28,239 bases of DNA from a bacterium (GCA_046757165.1 JBHHXT010000049.1:1-28239); one strand, 5' to 3'; counted from the stretch's first letter, positions 18,184-27,459 are shown. Notes: a model not told the origin generated them from the letters alone. Program-made: numbers and translations.

Positions 18184-19395
18184 TCACCGTCTCTCCCCCG
18201 TCTTCAAAAGCTTGAAAAGCCCGCTGGATCGATACGTTTCCTGGTCCGGCGCCACTTCAAAAAACTCCACCCACAGCTCGCGTCCGGTCAAATCAAACCG
18301 CACAAACCCAAAGGATGCGTGCGAGAAGAGGGTGTCGTTCTTGTGCGTCACGCCCGATAGCTTGCCGGCACTGCCGGACACAATTTGAAACCGGTTTGCC
18401 TCCATGGTGAGAAACTGCAAATTGTGCTCGTGTCCGGCAAGATAGAAGTCGACCTCATGCTGCGCCATGAAGTCAATCAAGTCTTTTTGAAAGGCGCGGT
18501 TGGCCGGGTGGTCCAGGTCCTGCACCCGTTTGTGAAAGAATTTGTCCACCAGGGTGACCAGAATCACAGGCGGGACATACCAGACCCAATTTCGAAACCC
18601 GCCGTGTTTGCCGTGGCTTCTGACCGGGTGATGTCCAATGATGAGCGTCCACACAGCCGGGCTGATTTCGACCTGTTCCCTCAGCTTTCTCCAGTGCAGG
18701 GCCAGCCGTTCCGCATCTTTTTCTTCATACAGCGTGAGCAGCACCTGAGTGTCGAGCGCAAAAACGGCCAGGGTCTTGCTCGAGACGGCGGCAATTTTCT
18801 CAGGGGTTGCCAGGCTCAGGATGTTCTCACTTTTCAAGTCACGGTAATTCCTGGCGTCTTCCGAGTCAGAATTCTTCTCCGGGTCGATTGGGTAGTAGTG
18901 CCAGGTATCGTAGAGTCTTTCCGCCGTCGTCTCCTGGTGAATCACGTCACCGACGCCGTGCTTGCCGCCGGCCTTTCCGGCATGATCGTGGTTGCCGGGG
19001 ATGATGTGAAACATGACCGCTTCATCCCCGTACTCGACTTCGGAGTAAATCTCACCGAACGACCGGCGCAGTTTCTCTAGTGCCCCGGGATTGTCAAAGC
19101 CCTCGGGCAGGCCTTCCTCGTAAACATTGTCTCCCAGTCCAAGCACGAAAGGGGGCACTTTTCTCCCGGGTGGAAGTTCAGATATGTTCTTGCGCAACGC
19201 TTTTGCAACAGCTTTTTGATTTTGATTGCCAGTCCCCCAGTCTCCGAGCGCGTAAAAGGTCAGGACGTCGGTTGTGTTTGGCCTGTCCGCGTGTTGGCCG
19301 AAGGTGGCGCCACCGCCTTCTTTCAGAAAGGGCCTCGTATCGCTACAGGAGGTAAGAATGATGAAGACACATGGAATGGATAGCTTCTTGAACAT
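18184..19395 (-). CDS. Calcineurin-like metallophosphoesterase (purple acid phosphatase-like), probable lipoprotein
   Basis: GDWG, LGDNVY..G, PGNHD, LDT, GHHP, AGHEHNLQ, VSGSAG. Start moved to ATG 19395, giving MFKKLSIPCVFIILTSC (lipobox LTSC). Confidence 0.9.
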   Translation of the reverse strand: MFKKLSIPCVFIILTSCSDTRPFLKEGGGATFGQHADRPNTTDVLTFYALGDWGTGNQNQKAVAKALRKNISELPPGRKVPPFVLGLGDNVYEEGLPEGFDNPGALEKLRRSFGEIYSEVEYGDEAVMFHIIPGNHDHAGKAGGKHGVGDVIHQETTAERLYDTWHYYPIDPEKNSDSEDARNYRDLKSENILSLATPEKIAAVSSKTLAVFALDTQVLLTLYEEKDAERLALHWRKLREQVEISPAVWTLIIGHHPVRSHGKHGGFRNWVWYVPPVILVTLVDKFFHKRVQDLDHPANRAFQKDLIDFMAQHEVDFYLAGHEHNLQFLTMEANRFQIVSGSAGKLSGVTHKNDTLFSHASFGFVRFDLTGRELWVEFFEVAPDQETYRSSGLFKLLKTGERR

Positions 19396-19577
19396 GATGG
19401 ACCTCGAGATTGGATGGAGTGCAATATAGCGTTTTACCGTGAAAAATTCAAGCAGCCAGAACTGTTTCATCATTCTAATATTTTGCTTGCTTTTTTGTTG
19501 CCTAAACAGTAACATTGGCCAGGTTTAGAGCTCACCCAATCCCATCATTTATTCATTAAGCATATAAGGAGATATCA

Positions 19578-20642
19578 ATGGGGAAATCAATGTTCAGTAG
19601 CGGTTTGCTCGTGCTTTTTTGCCTCTCAGTTTGCTCACATCTTTTCGCGCAGGACAAAATCATTACCGTACCCAGGCCTGTCCAGGGCGCGCCATTTCGC
19701 GTCAATGACATGGACGACCTCTTCGGCAAGGCCTATCGCTGGTTTCTCGAGGGGGAGGTTTCCTGGGCCGCTGACAGCCTGGCCAAGCTGATCAACTCCT
19801 CCGGCTTTCAGATGAACCCAAACGATTATCACATGGTGGTAGCGAATTTCACCGATGAGATGACTCCCATCGGTCTTCTGCACGCCGGCTCGGAGTTTGC
19901 CGACACGCGGTTCTATGGTCTTCATGACGCCAACCTGTACTATATTTTTATCTCGAAACGAGAAAACGCCAATTCGTTCCTCTCAGTCACTTTAACCCGG
20001 AAAGACTCTCCTTTCCAGGCCAGCTTGCTGGATTTCATCTCGCTTTTCATTCCGCTGCCCAGCATTCCGAGAGCGTTGGCCGGGCCGCCAGATGTGTGGA
20101 TTGATGTGCGCAAATTCGAGATTCCGGAGAAGTTTCAAAAGAACTCGGATTTCAATGTGATCATCAAAAAGAGCATGGACGCGGAGGACTTCCTGGCTAG
20201 CGCCCAGTTCGACAACACCGCCAAAGAGCGCTGGAGCTTCGGGATCGCAACCGCGATTACCACGGTAGACGACGTGGATTTTATTGTCGACCAGGGCAAG
20301 ATTGTGATTCGTCCGAAACCGGACGGCGACTTTGCCATGTTCGGCGTGCTCAACTACCATTTCCAACCCGTGGACACCAAACAGCCGACCGTCCCCAGCT
20401 CGTTTCACCTGTTAGCCGGATTTCGTCTGGCCGATCATTTCGAGCCGATTGCAGGCCTCGGCTTCGGCTTTCCCACCGGCGTGCCGGTGGAAGTCCACAT
20501 CTTCGCCGGAGTCAGCGCTGAGTTTACCGACAAGCTGAAATCCGGCTTTCAGATTGGGCAGGAGATTCAAGAGGATGTCGACCCGTTCAAGCTGGATGTG
20601 CGGGTGCTGCCACGATTTGGTCTCGAGTTGAAGTTCCCGTGA
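19578..20642 (+). CDS. Hypothetical exported protein, C-terminal half possibly outer-membrane beta-strands
   Basis: SD AAGGAG, signal peptide ending LFA-Q, alternating hydrophobic strands (WSFGIATAI, FGVLNYHF, FHLLAGFRL, VHIFAGVSAEF, RFGLELKFP). Confidence 0.75.
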   Translation: MGKSMFSSGLLVLFCLSVCSHLFAQDKIITVPRPVQGAPFRVNDMDDLFGKAYRWFLEGEVSWAADSLAKLINSSGFQMNPNDYHMVVANFTDEMTPIGLLHAGSEFADTRFYGLHDANLYYIFISKRENANSFLSVTLTRKDSPFQASLLDFISLFIPLPSIPRALAGPPDVWIDVRKFEIPEKFQKNSDFNVIIKKSMDAEDFLASAQFDNTAKERWSFGIATAITTVDDVDFIVDQGKIVIRPKPDGDFAMFGVLNYHFQPVDTKQPTVPSSFHLLAGFRLADHFEPIAGLGFGFPTGVPVEVHIFAGVSAEFTDKLKSGFQIGQEIQEDVDPFKLDVRVLPRFGLELKFP

Positions 20643-20652
20643 TGCAGTGCTA

Positions 20653-22401
20653 TCACGTATGGTACCGGTTGGTGATGGGCATGCGCCGATCTTTGCCGAA
20701 GGCCTTCTGCGTGATCTTGATTCCCGGCGGCGCCTGCCTGCGCTTGTATTCGTTGAGGTCGACCAGGCGCGCGACCTTTTTGACCACCTCGCGTGGATAG
20801 CCCATGGCGATGATCTCCTTGACCGTTTTGTCGTTTTGGACAAATTCTGCCAGAATGGCGTCCAGCAGGTCGTAGGGCGGCAGGGAGTCCTCGTCCTTCT
20901 GATTCGGCCGCAGCTCCGCCGAGGGGGCCTTGGTGAGGATCGCAGCAGGAATGACGTCCTTGCCGCAGGTCTCGTTTTTGTGCTCACACAGCTTGTAGAC
21001 GGTGGTTTTGGGCACGTCTTTGATGACGGCAAATCCGCCTGCCATATCGCCATACAAAGTCGAGTAGCCCACGCTGGTTTCGCTTTTGTTGCCTGTGGTC
21101 AGGACAAGCCAGCCAAACTTGTTGGACAGCGCCATGAGCATGTTGCCACGAATGCGCGCTTGTAGATTTTCCTCGGTAATTCCCTGCTCTGTGTTTTTGA
21201 ATATCGTGGCCAGCGAGCGTTGATAGGCGTCATAAACGTCCTTGATGGCGATGGTCTCGGTGCGAATGCCGAGATTGCCGGCCAGAGCCAGGGCGTCTCG
21301 AATGCTCTCTTCCGAGGTGATCTCGCTCGGCATCAGCACGCCGACAACGTTTTCCGGTCCCAGGGCGTCCGTCGCGATGGCCGCAGTCAGCGCGGAATCG
21401 ATGCCGCCACTGAGTCCAACGACGACCTTCTGGAAGGCATTCTTTCTGACATAATCCCGCGTGCCCAGAACCAATGCCTGGTAGATTTCCTCGTAGTGCC
21501 CCAGGGCGCGTGCAGTGTGGGTGGCGACCGTCCCTTTCTGGTGGCGGGCAGCAGGGCCCTCCAGCGTGCAGAACGCAGGCCTGTACAGGGATTTATATTC
21601 CCGCTTGTCCCTCTGGAAAGATTCGCTGCGTTCACGAAATCCACGTACAGCGGCCACATCGAGGTCTGCCACAGCGAAGTCCTCTTCGAACTGTCTCAAC
21701 TCCAGCAGGACCTCACCATGGTGGTTGACGATGAAACTGTTGCCGTCGAATACGAGCTCGTCCTGGCCGCCGACGAGGTTGAGATAGACGACCATGGCAC
21801 GCGTAAACCGGGCGCGCTCGACGCCGACCTGCAGCCGGTCCTGACGTTTGTCCATATAGTACGGAGAAGCCGACAAACTCAAAATTACCTCCGCACAGCC
21901 CGTCAGGCCCTGGCACTCGGCGACGCCGTCGGGCACCCAAATATCTTCACAGATATTGAGGCCAAACCTGATATTCATGTAATCAAACACCAGCGGCCGG
22001 TCACCAGCAACGAAGTAGCGTTTTTCATCGAAGACGCTGTAATTGGGCAGGCAGATCTTGTGGTAGACGGCGGCCACCTGACCATTCTGCAGAATAGCCG
22101 CAGCATTGGTGATATCGTCGCCAGGGTCGATGGTATTCACAAAACCGACGATGGCAACGAGCTTACGATTCTCAGCAGCGAGCCGCTCGAGATACTTTTT
22201 GTTGTCCTGGATAAACTTTCTCTTGAGTAGGAGATCCTCCGGAAAATAGCTCGGAATCGTCAGCTCAGGGAAAAGCACAATATCGGCCCCGGCCTGCTCT
22301 GCTTTGCGGATGAATTGAACGATTTTGTTGCAGTTCGCGTCCAGGTCGCCGACCGTGGTGTTGGTCTGTGCCAGGGCAACGCGTACTGAGGGTCTGTTCA
22401 T
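20653..22401 (-). CDS. nadE: Glutamine-dependent NAD+ synthetase
   Basis: Nitrilase domain RVALAQ.N..VGDL, FPEL, K..LPNY.VFDEKRYF, ICEDIW. Synthetase domain GLSGGIDS, ENLQARIRG, TGNKSE, PSAELRPNQKD, EYKRRQ. Start moved to ATG 22401. Confidence 0.97.
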   Translation of the reverse strand: MNRPSVRVALAQTNTTVGDLDANCNKIVQFIRKAEQAGADIVLFPELTIPSYFPEDLLLKRKFIQDNKKYLERLAAENRKLVAIVGFVNTIDPGDDITNAAAILQNGQVAAVYHKICLPNYSVFDEKRYFVAGDRPLVFDYMNIRFGLNICEDIWVPDGVAECQGLTGCAEVILSLSASPYYMDKRQDRLQVGVERARFTRAMVVYLNLVGGQDELVFDGNSFIVNHHGEVLLELRQFEEDFAVADLDVAAVRGFRERSESFQRDKREYKSLYRPAFCTLEGPAARHQKGTVATHTARALGHYEEIYQALVLGTRDYVRKNAFQKVVVGLSGGIDSALTAAIATDALGPENVVGVLMPSEITSEESIRDALALAGNLGIRTETIAIKDVYDAYQRSLATIFKNTEQGITEENLQARIRGNMLMALSNKFGWLVLTTGNKSETSVGYSTLYGDMAGGFAVIKDVPKTTVYKLCEHKNETCGKDVIPAAILTKAPSAELRPNQKDEDSLPPYDLLDAILAEFVQNDKTVKEIIAMGYPREVVKKVARLVDLNEYKRRQAPPGIKITQKAFGKDRRMPITNRYHT

Positions 22402-22529
22402 ACTCAAACGTGTTCCAAGTGCTCCATTCAGGAATATGCTTAACTTACATCTAAATAATATGAAAATCAAGGTCTGATTTTCGGTAACTGCCGCGTGTCG
22501 GCACGCCGCATGCCGGGCACGTGAAAATT

Positions 22530-22590
22530 GTAGCATTCCCCCTTGTGGGGAATCCAGCGCACGGTGTGACCCACAAGGGGTCAGGGCTAC
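22530..22590. repeat. GTAG-type REP-like inverted doublet, copy B
   Basis: GTAGC-ATTCCCC-CTTGT-GGGGAAT and inverted TGACCC-ACAAG-GGGTCA-GGGCTAC. Confidence 0.8.
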
Positions 22591-22628
22591 AGCATCCCTT
22601 TTACCAGGCTGAAGCGTTACGATTTTCG

Positions 22629-22657
22629 TTGCACAAGTAATCTAATTTCGCTATATT
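22629..22657 (+). promoter_or_regulatory. Putative sigma-70 promoter
   Basis: TTGCAC-17 nt-TATATT upstream of the rhodanese/DUF488 genes. Confidence 0.55.
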
Positions 22658-22707
22658 GACTGCCGTTGTCTCTAGGACAGCAATATTCAGTAAGCTCTTA
22701 TTTCTTG

Positions 22708-22939
22708 ATGCAAAATCGAGATTTACTGAGTGAAAAACGGCTGCGTCAGCTCAATGAGATGGTTGTGGAGGTGACGCCCGGGACGCTGTTCGCCAAGATC
22801 GAAAATGGTGAACGATTCAAGCTGGTCGATGTTTCAGCTCCCGAGGATTTCGCGGCCGGACACATCATGGGCGCCATCCACACGTCACTCGACAAGCTCG
22901 TCCCGACAGCCGTGCAAAGATTCCGCAGATTTCAGCAAT
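22708..22939 (+). pseudogene. Truncated rhodanese-like domain (N-terminal half only)
   Basis: LVDV..PEDF..GHI.GAIH.SL..L is rhodanese-like, but similarity ends at FRRFQQ, before the expected IVVYC active-site strand. The frame then reads out-of-frame through DUF488 to a stop at 23052. Confidence 0.65.
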
Positions 22940-23296
22940 ATGATAAAAACAAAAAGCATTCATGCCACACCCGCACAAGAGGACGGCCGACGCTATCTCA
23001 TCGATTTGTTCTGGCCCGAGGGAGTCCGCACACACCTGGCGCACATCGATGAGTGGCTCAAAGACCTGGGGCCATCCTATGATTTGCAGCGCTTTGAATT
23101 TGACAAAAACATGTGGGCAGCTTACGCAGAGAAATACAAGTATGAGGTGCTACACAGCGATGGCAAGAAGGAGCTGCTGCGCAAGCTTGCGCAAGAAGCA
23201 AAAGAAGACACCATCACCCTTTTGTACGGCAACAAAGACCCCCGGCACAATCACGCGGTCATCCTGAAGAATCTCATAGAAACCCAATCAGTCTAA
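22940..23296 (+). CDS. DUF488 (YeaO-like) family protein
   Basis: From ATG 22940: MIKTKSIH.....DGRRYLIDLFWPEGV.......DEWLKDLGPS..L...ITLLYG.KD..HNHAV.LK. Confidence 0.88.
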   Translation: MIKTKSIHATPAQEDGRRYLIDLFWPEGVRTHLAHIDEWLKDLGPSYDLQRFEFDKNMWAAYAEKYKYEVLHSDGKKELLRKLAQEAKEDTITLLYGNKDPRHNHAVILKNLIETQSV

Positions 23297-23316
23297 GCGT
23301 GGAGAGAGGAGTGGGA

Positions 23317-24306
23317 ATGTCCCTGGAGCGATACAAAGTCTTTGTGACGCGAGTGATTCCGCAGCCTGGATTGGATATTCTCACCAGGAGTCTGAAACAC
23401 GTCAAAGTCAATACCGCTGACCACATTTTGAGTCGAGAGGAGTTCCTGGAAAACGTCAAGGGACTCGATGGGTTGCTCTCTTTGCTCACGGAGCGTGTCG
23501 ATGCAGAGGCGATGGAGACCGCAGGACCGCAGCTCAAGATCGTCGCCAACCACGCCGTGGGCTTCGACAACATCGACCTTCCTGCTGCTACCGAACGCGG
23601 CATTCTGGTGACCAACACCCCGGGGGTGCTGACGGACGCCACCTCTGACTTCGCCTGGACCCTTCTGTTCGCCACCGCGCGCCGCATTGCGGAGGCAGAC
23701 AAATTCACCCGTGCGCTCAACTACAAAGGCTGGGGACCGATGATGTACCTCGGCGGCGATATCACCGGCCGCACCCTCGGTGTTGTGGGTGCGGGTAGAA
23801 TCGGCGCCGCCATGGCAGCGAAGTCCACTGGCTTCAAGATGCGCGTGCTCTACTGCGACGAATTTCGCAATGACAAGCTGGAAAAGGAAATCGGCGCCAG
23901 GAAGGTCGGGTTTGAAGAGCTGCTGCGAGAATCTGACTTCATCTCTGTGCACGTGCCGCTTCTGGAGAGCACGCACCACCTGTTCAATGATACGGCCTTC
24001 AAGCTCATGAAAAGAACAGCGTATCTGATCAATACCTCGCGTGGTCCGGTCGTGGAAGAAGCAGCGTTGGTGCGCGCGCTCAAAGACGGCGAAATCGCCG
24101 GAGCGGGCCTCGATGTCTATGAGGATGAACCGAAAATTCACACCGGGCTGCTCGAGCTCGACAACGCTGTTCTGGCGCCGCACATCGCCAGCGCCACCAT
24201 TGAAACACGTTCAAAAATGGCCACCATGGCCGCCTCCAACCTGGTGGCTGGCTTGAAGGGCGAGCGGCCAGCGAATCTACTCAATCCGGAAGTTCTCGAT
24301 AAATAA
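23317..24306 (+). CDS. D-isomer-specific 2-hydroxyacid dehydrogenase (glyoxylate/hydroxypyruvate reductase type)
   Basis: AVGFDNID, TNTPGVLT.AT, GRTLGVVGAGRIG, SDFISVHVPL, INTSRGPVV, AGLDVYE.EP, PHIASAT. ATG 23317 follows GAGGAG. Confidence 0.95.
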   Translation: MSLERYKVFVTRVIPQPGLDILTRSLKHVKVNTADHILSREEFLENVKGLDGLLSLLTERVDAEAMETAGPQLKIVANHAVGFDNIDLPAATERGILVTNTPGVLTDATSDFAWTLLFATARRIAEADKFTRALNYKGWGPMMYLGGDITGRTLGVVGAGRIGAAMAAKSTGFKMRVLYCDEFRNDKLEKEIGARKVGFEELLRESDFISVHVPLLESTHHLFNDTAFKLMKRTAYLINTSRGPVVEEAALVRALKDGEIAGAGLDVYEDEPKIHTGLLELDNAVLAPHIASATIETRSKMATMAASNLVAGLKGERPANLLNPEVLDK

Positions 24307-24416
24307 ATGCGGTCAGGTTTGCTGTTCAAACTTTGGGGGTCCCGGGGCTCACCCACGAATCTCTCCAAAACAACTGACTTCACCTCTAAACCTTCAAAGT
24401 GAGAAAGGGCTGTGTC

Positions 24417-25331
24417 GTGGGCGTATTTGATAAGCTGGTAGTATGGACAATTCCGTTTGTTCCCAAACTCCTCATGCGACGTGTGGCCTCTCGTTACATT
24501 GCCGGAGAAACGCTGGATGATGCTGTTGATGTTATCAAGAACCTGAAGAAACACGGGTGTTGTGCCACGCTGGATGTGCTCGGCGAGTTTATCACCAAAC
24601 GAGAAGAAGTCGAGCCGGCCGTGCAGGAATACTTGCGCGCACTCGACAGAATTCAACAAGAGAAACTCGATTCCAACATCTCCGTCAAATTGACCATGTT
24701 GGGGTTGGCGCTCGATGTCGACTTTTGTCTCGACAATATGCGCCGGCTGGTTGAGCACGCGCGGGACCTCGGCATCTTCGTGCGCATCGATATGGAAGAT
24801 TCGTCATGTACCACCGACACCCTCAACGTTTTCAGTCAATTGAGAAGGGAGTTCGACAATGTTGGCTTTGCCCTGCAAGCCTACATGCGCCGGAGCCTGC
24901 AAGACCTTCAAACGCAGATGCAGAGCCACAAAAAGATAAACGTGCGCGTTTGTAAAGGCATCTACATTGAACCGCGCGACATCGCCTACCAAGACATGAC
25001 GATCATCAACCAAAACTTCAACTTGTTGGTGGAAGAAGCGCTCAAAAACGGCAGCTATGTCGGCGTGGCCACACACGACGAGAAGCTGGTCTGGGCGACT
25101 TACAAGCTCATTAACGAGCTCAACCTTTCCAAAGACAAGTTGGAGTTCCAGATGCTGCTGGGAGTCGACGAGCAGTTGCGCGACTTGATTGTCAACGATG
25201 GCTTCAAGCTGCGAGTTTATGTACCGTATGGCCGGCACTGGTACGAATACTCGACGCGGCGGTTGAAGGAGAACCCAAGGGTGGCAGCGGCGGTGGCGAA
25301 GAATTCTTTGGGATTGCATGCAGCCCGCTAA
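24417..25331 (+). CDS. Monofunctional proline dehydrogenase
   Basis: RYIAGE, D.LGE, SVKLT.LG, RIDMED, LQAY..R, R..KG.Y.EP, ATHDE, EFQMLLGV, RVYVPYG..WY.Y..RRL.ENP. The likely start is GTG 24417. Confidence 0.95.
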   Translation: MGVFDKLVVWTIPFVPKLLMRRVASRYIAGETLDDAVDVIKNLKKHGCCATLDVLGEFITKREEVEPAVQEYLRALDRIQQEKLDSNISVKLTMLGLALDVDFCLDNMRRLVEHARDLGIFVRIDMEDSSCTTDTLNVFSQLRREFDNVGFALQAYMRRSLQDLQTQMQSHKKINVRVCKGIYIEPRDIAYQDMTIINQNFNLLVEEALKNGSYVGVATHDEKLVWATYKLINELNLSKDKLEFQMLLGVDEQLRDLIVNDGFKLRVYVPYGRHWYEYSTRRLKENPRVAAAVAKNSLGLHAAR

Positions 25332-25340
25332 AGCACGGGC

Positions 25341-25742
25341 TCAGGCAAAAACCTTGTCCCGCAGCATCTTGAATATTGCCGGATACCGGAGGAAGACGAC
25401 CACGCCAACGAGCACGCCCAAACCATCCGCGACAAAATCGCTCAACGTGGAATTTCGCCCGGGAACGAACATTTGGTGGATCTCATCGGAAGCACCGTAA
25501 AGGATGCCGAGCAAGGCTGCCAGCACAATGGTTTTGCGGGTGATGCGCTCCGGCTGGTGCAGAAAGGCTATAGCCAAAAAATAGCCGAGCACCGAATAAA
25601 CAACAAAATGGGCGACCAGGTCTTCATACTCGATGCCGAGAGAAGGAACCGAATTGGAAGGCAGGGAGGAAAGAAAGAAGAGTAAGAGTGCCCAGAGAAT
25701 GGCAGGCAGGGCATACCTAAATGAAAACGATGTCTGACTCAC
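25341..25742 (-). CDS. VanZ-like family membrane protein
   Basis: PAILW...LF.LSS.P, D...HF..Y..LG, YGASDEIHQ.FVPGR.....D..AD..G. The likely GTG start at 25742 overlaps the end of nnr. Confidence 0.9.
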   Translation of the reverse strand: MSQTSFSFRYALPAILWALLLFFLSSLPSNSVPSLGIEYEDLVAHFVVYSVLGYFLAIAFLHQPERITRKTIVLAALLGILYGASDEIHQMFVPGRNSTLSDFVADGLGVLVGVVVFLRYPAIFKMLRDKVFA

Positions 25743-27309
25743 TTTGCGCCTCAAACTGTTGCATAGCCCGTGGGAGCTGGTGTAAAACGTCACCGGCAAG
25801 CAGACCGGCTTCTCCTAGTTTCGATTTAGCCAGATCGCCGGCAGCCCCATGCAGATAAACGCCGGCGACGGCGGCATCGAGGGGGGACAGGCCCTGGGCG
25901 GCTAGTCCGGCGATGACTCCGGTCAAGACATCGCCCATGCCGGCGGTGGCCATGCCAGGATTTCCGGTGGAATTGACGAACGCCTGGCCATCCGCGGCTG
26001 CCACCACGGTTGGCGCGCCTTTTAGCACCATGACAGCATCCAGATCTGCTGCGACCTTCCTGGCGACCTCGAGCGGGTCAGCCAGGATTTCTTTGCTGCC
26101 AATTTTCGCCAACCTCGATAACTCACCGGGATGCGGGGTGAGGATCAAATTGCATTTCCTGGTGCTCAGGACGTCGGGGTCGGTGGCCAGGCAATTCAGG
26201 CCATCGGCGTCCAGCACGGTTGTCTTGTCATAATTGGCCAGAAGCCAGTTGACCAGCTTCACAGATTCCGGGTGGGTGGTCAGGCCCGGGCCCACGGCCA
26301 GAACATCGGCCCACTTTAGCCTTGGTGGCAAGAATTCAGTCGCCTGGAAGCTCAAACTCTGGTCATCGGTTTCAGGCAAAGGCAAGGTCATGACCTCGAT
26401 TAGCTTCTGCTCCAGCACAGGATTCAAGCTCTTTGGAATACCGAGCATGGCCAGCCCGGCGCCGATTCTCAGGACCGCCTCCGAGCTCAACGTGGCTGCG
26501 CCCGTCATCCCGGCGGAACCCGCAAGCAGCAAAACCTGGCCGCAGCGGTTCTTGAAGGCGTCCTTTCTGCGAACCGGCAGAACCTGCTTGATATATTCTC
26601 GACTTGTGCGAAAACACGTGACGCCGCTTCCCCGGGAGACGCCAGGCGGAAAGCCGATATCGGCGACATGAACCGTGCCAGCGTGCTCTCTCGCGGGCGA
26701 AAAGAGCAACCCTCGCTTCAGGTGTCCCAGGGTTACCGTATGGTCCGCCCGCACGCAACCACCAAACACGGCGCCGGTATCGGTTGCCATGCCTGTCGGC
26801 AGGTCCACCGAAATGACCGGGGCCGGGCTGTTGTTGATCAATTCGACCAGCTCGGCAAACTTCGGCTTGAGCGCACCGGCGACCCCTGTTCCCAGCAAGG
26901 CATCGACAATGAAATCGGCGCTGGCAATCTCGCGGCCATGCTTGTTGCGACTGAAGGTCTCGACCTTCGCCTGCAGATGGGTGAGAATGCGCAAATTCTG
27001 TGCAGCATCTCCCTTCACCTCTTTTGGGTCCGCAACCAGCACGACCTTCACCTGCGCTCCCCTGTTCAAAAGATGACGCGCCACCACGTAGCCATCGCCG
27101 CCGTTGTTGCCTTTGCCGCACACGACAACGATCTTTTTGCCCTCACTGTCGCCAAGCACATCTAGAATGACCGAAACCACCTTCAGACCGGCATGCTCCA
27201 TCAACACCATCCCCGGAATTCCAATATCCTCGATGGTCGTGCGATCGACTTCAGCCATCTCCCTGGCCGTGAAGACCAAATCTGACAGATTGTGATTGGC
27301 GGTGCTCAT
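25717..27309 (-). CDS. nnr: Bifunctional NAD(P)H-hydrate epimerase/dehydratase
   Basis: LME.AG, CGKGNNGGDG, VDALLGTG, SVDLPTG; AGSAGMTGAA, VGPGL, DADGLN, LTPHPGE, LKGAPT, GNPGMATAG.GDVLTG. Start ATG 27309. Confidence 0.96.
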   Translation of the reverse strand: MSTANHNLSDLVFTAREMAEVDRTTIEDIGIPGMVLMEHAGLKVVSVILDVLGDSEGKKIVVVCGKGNNGGDGYVVARHLLNRGAQVKVVLVADPKEVKGDAAQNLRILTHLQAKVETFSRNKHGREIASADFIVDALLGTGVAGALKPKFAELVELINNSPAPVISVDLPTGMATDTGAVFGGCVRADHTVTLGHLKRGLLFSPAREHAGTVHVADIGFPPGVSRGSGVTCFRTSREYIKQVLPVRRKDAFKNRCGQVLLLAGSAGMTGAATLSSEAVLRIGAGLAMLGIPKSLNPVLEQKLIEVMTLPLPETDDQSLSFQATEFLPPRLKWADVLAVGPGLTTHPESVKLVNWLLANYDKTTVLDADGLNCLATDPDVLSTRKCNLILTPHPGELSRLAKIGSKEILADPLEVARKVAADLDAVMVLKGAPTVVAAADGQAFVNSTGNPGMATAGMGDVLTGVIAGLAAQGLSPLDAAVAGVYLHGAAGDLAKSKLGEAGLLAGDVLHQLPRAMQQFEAQSESDIVFI

Positions 27310-27339
27310 GGCGGAGTTATCAAGCGCTATTGGTTCAGC

Positions 27340-27365
27340 CACGAATTTACACGAATTGGCACGAA
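27340..27365. repeat. Triple direct repeat CACGAA at exact 10-bp period
   Basis: CACGAATTTA CACGAATTGG CACGAA, starting at 27340, 27350 and 27360. Confidence 0.75.
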
Positions 27366-27430
27366 CAAAATGGGCCAAAGGCTCGGGACCAATATATCAT
27401 GAATTGGGCGAAGTTGCAAATAATTTCTCC

Positions 27431-27459
27431 TTGACACTTTACGTTTTTTGGTGTAACTT
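27431..27459 (+). promoter_or_regulatory. Putative sigma-70 promoter for the ECF sigma gene
   Basis: TTGACA-17 nt-TAACTT, about 40 nt before GTG 27499. Confidence 0.7.

Noticed and set aside
20647..22230. Plus-strand ORFs of 172 and 336 aa
   Set aside because: Lie antisense to nadE, which has all catalytic motifs; shadow frames.
22805..22939. N-terminal extension of the DUF488 ORF in the ORF track
   Set aside because: This segment encodes rhodanese-like sequence in another frame; DUF488 similarity begins at ATG 22940.
23293..24183. 296-aa minus-strand ORF
   Set aside because: Antisense shadow of the 2-hydroxyacid dehydrogenase.
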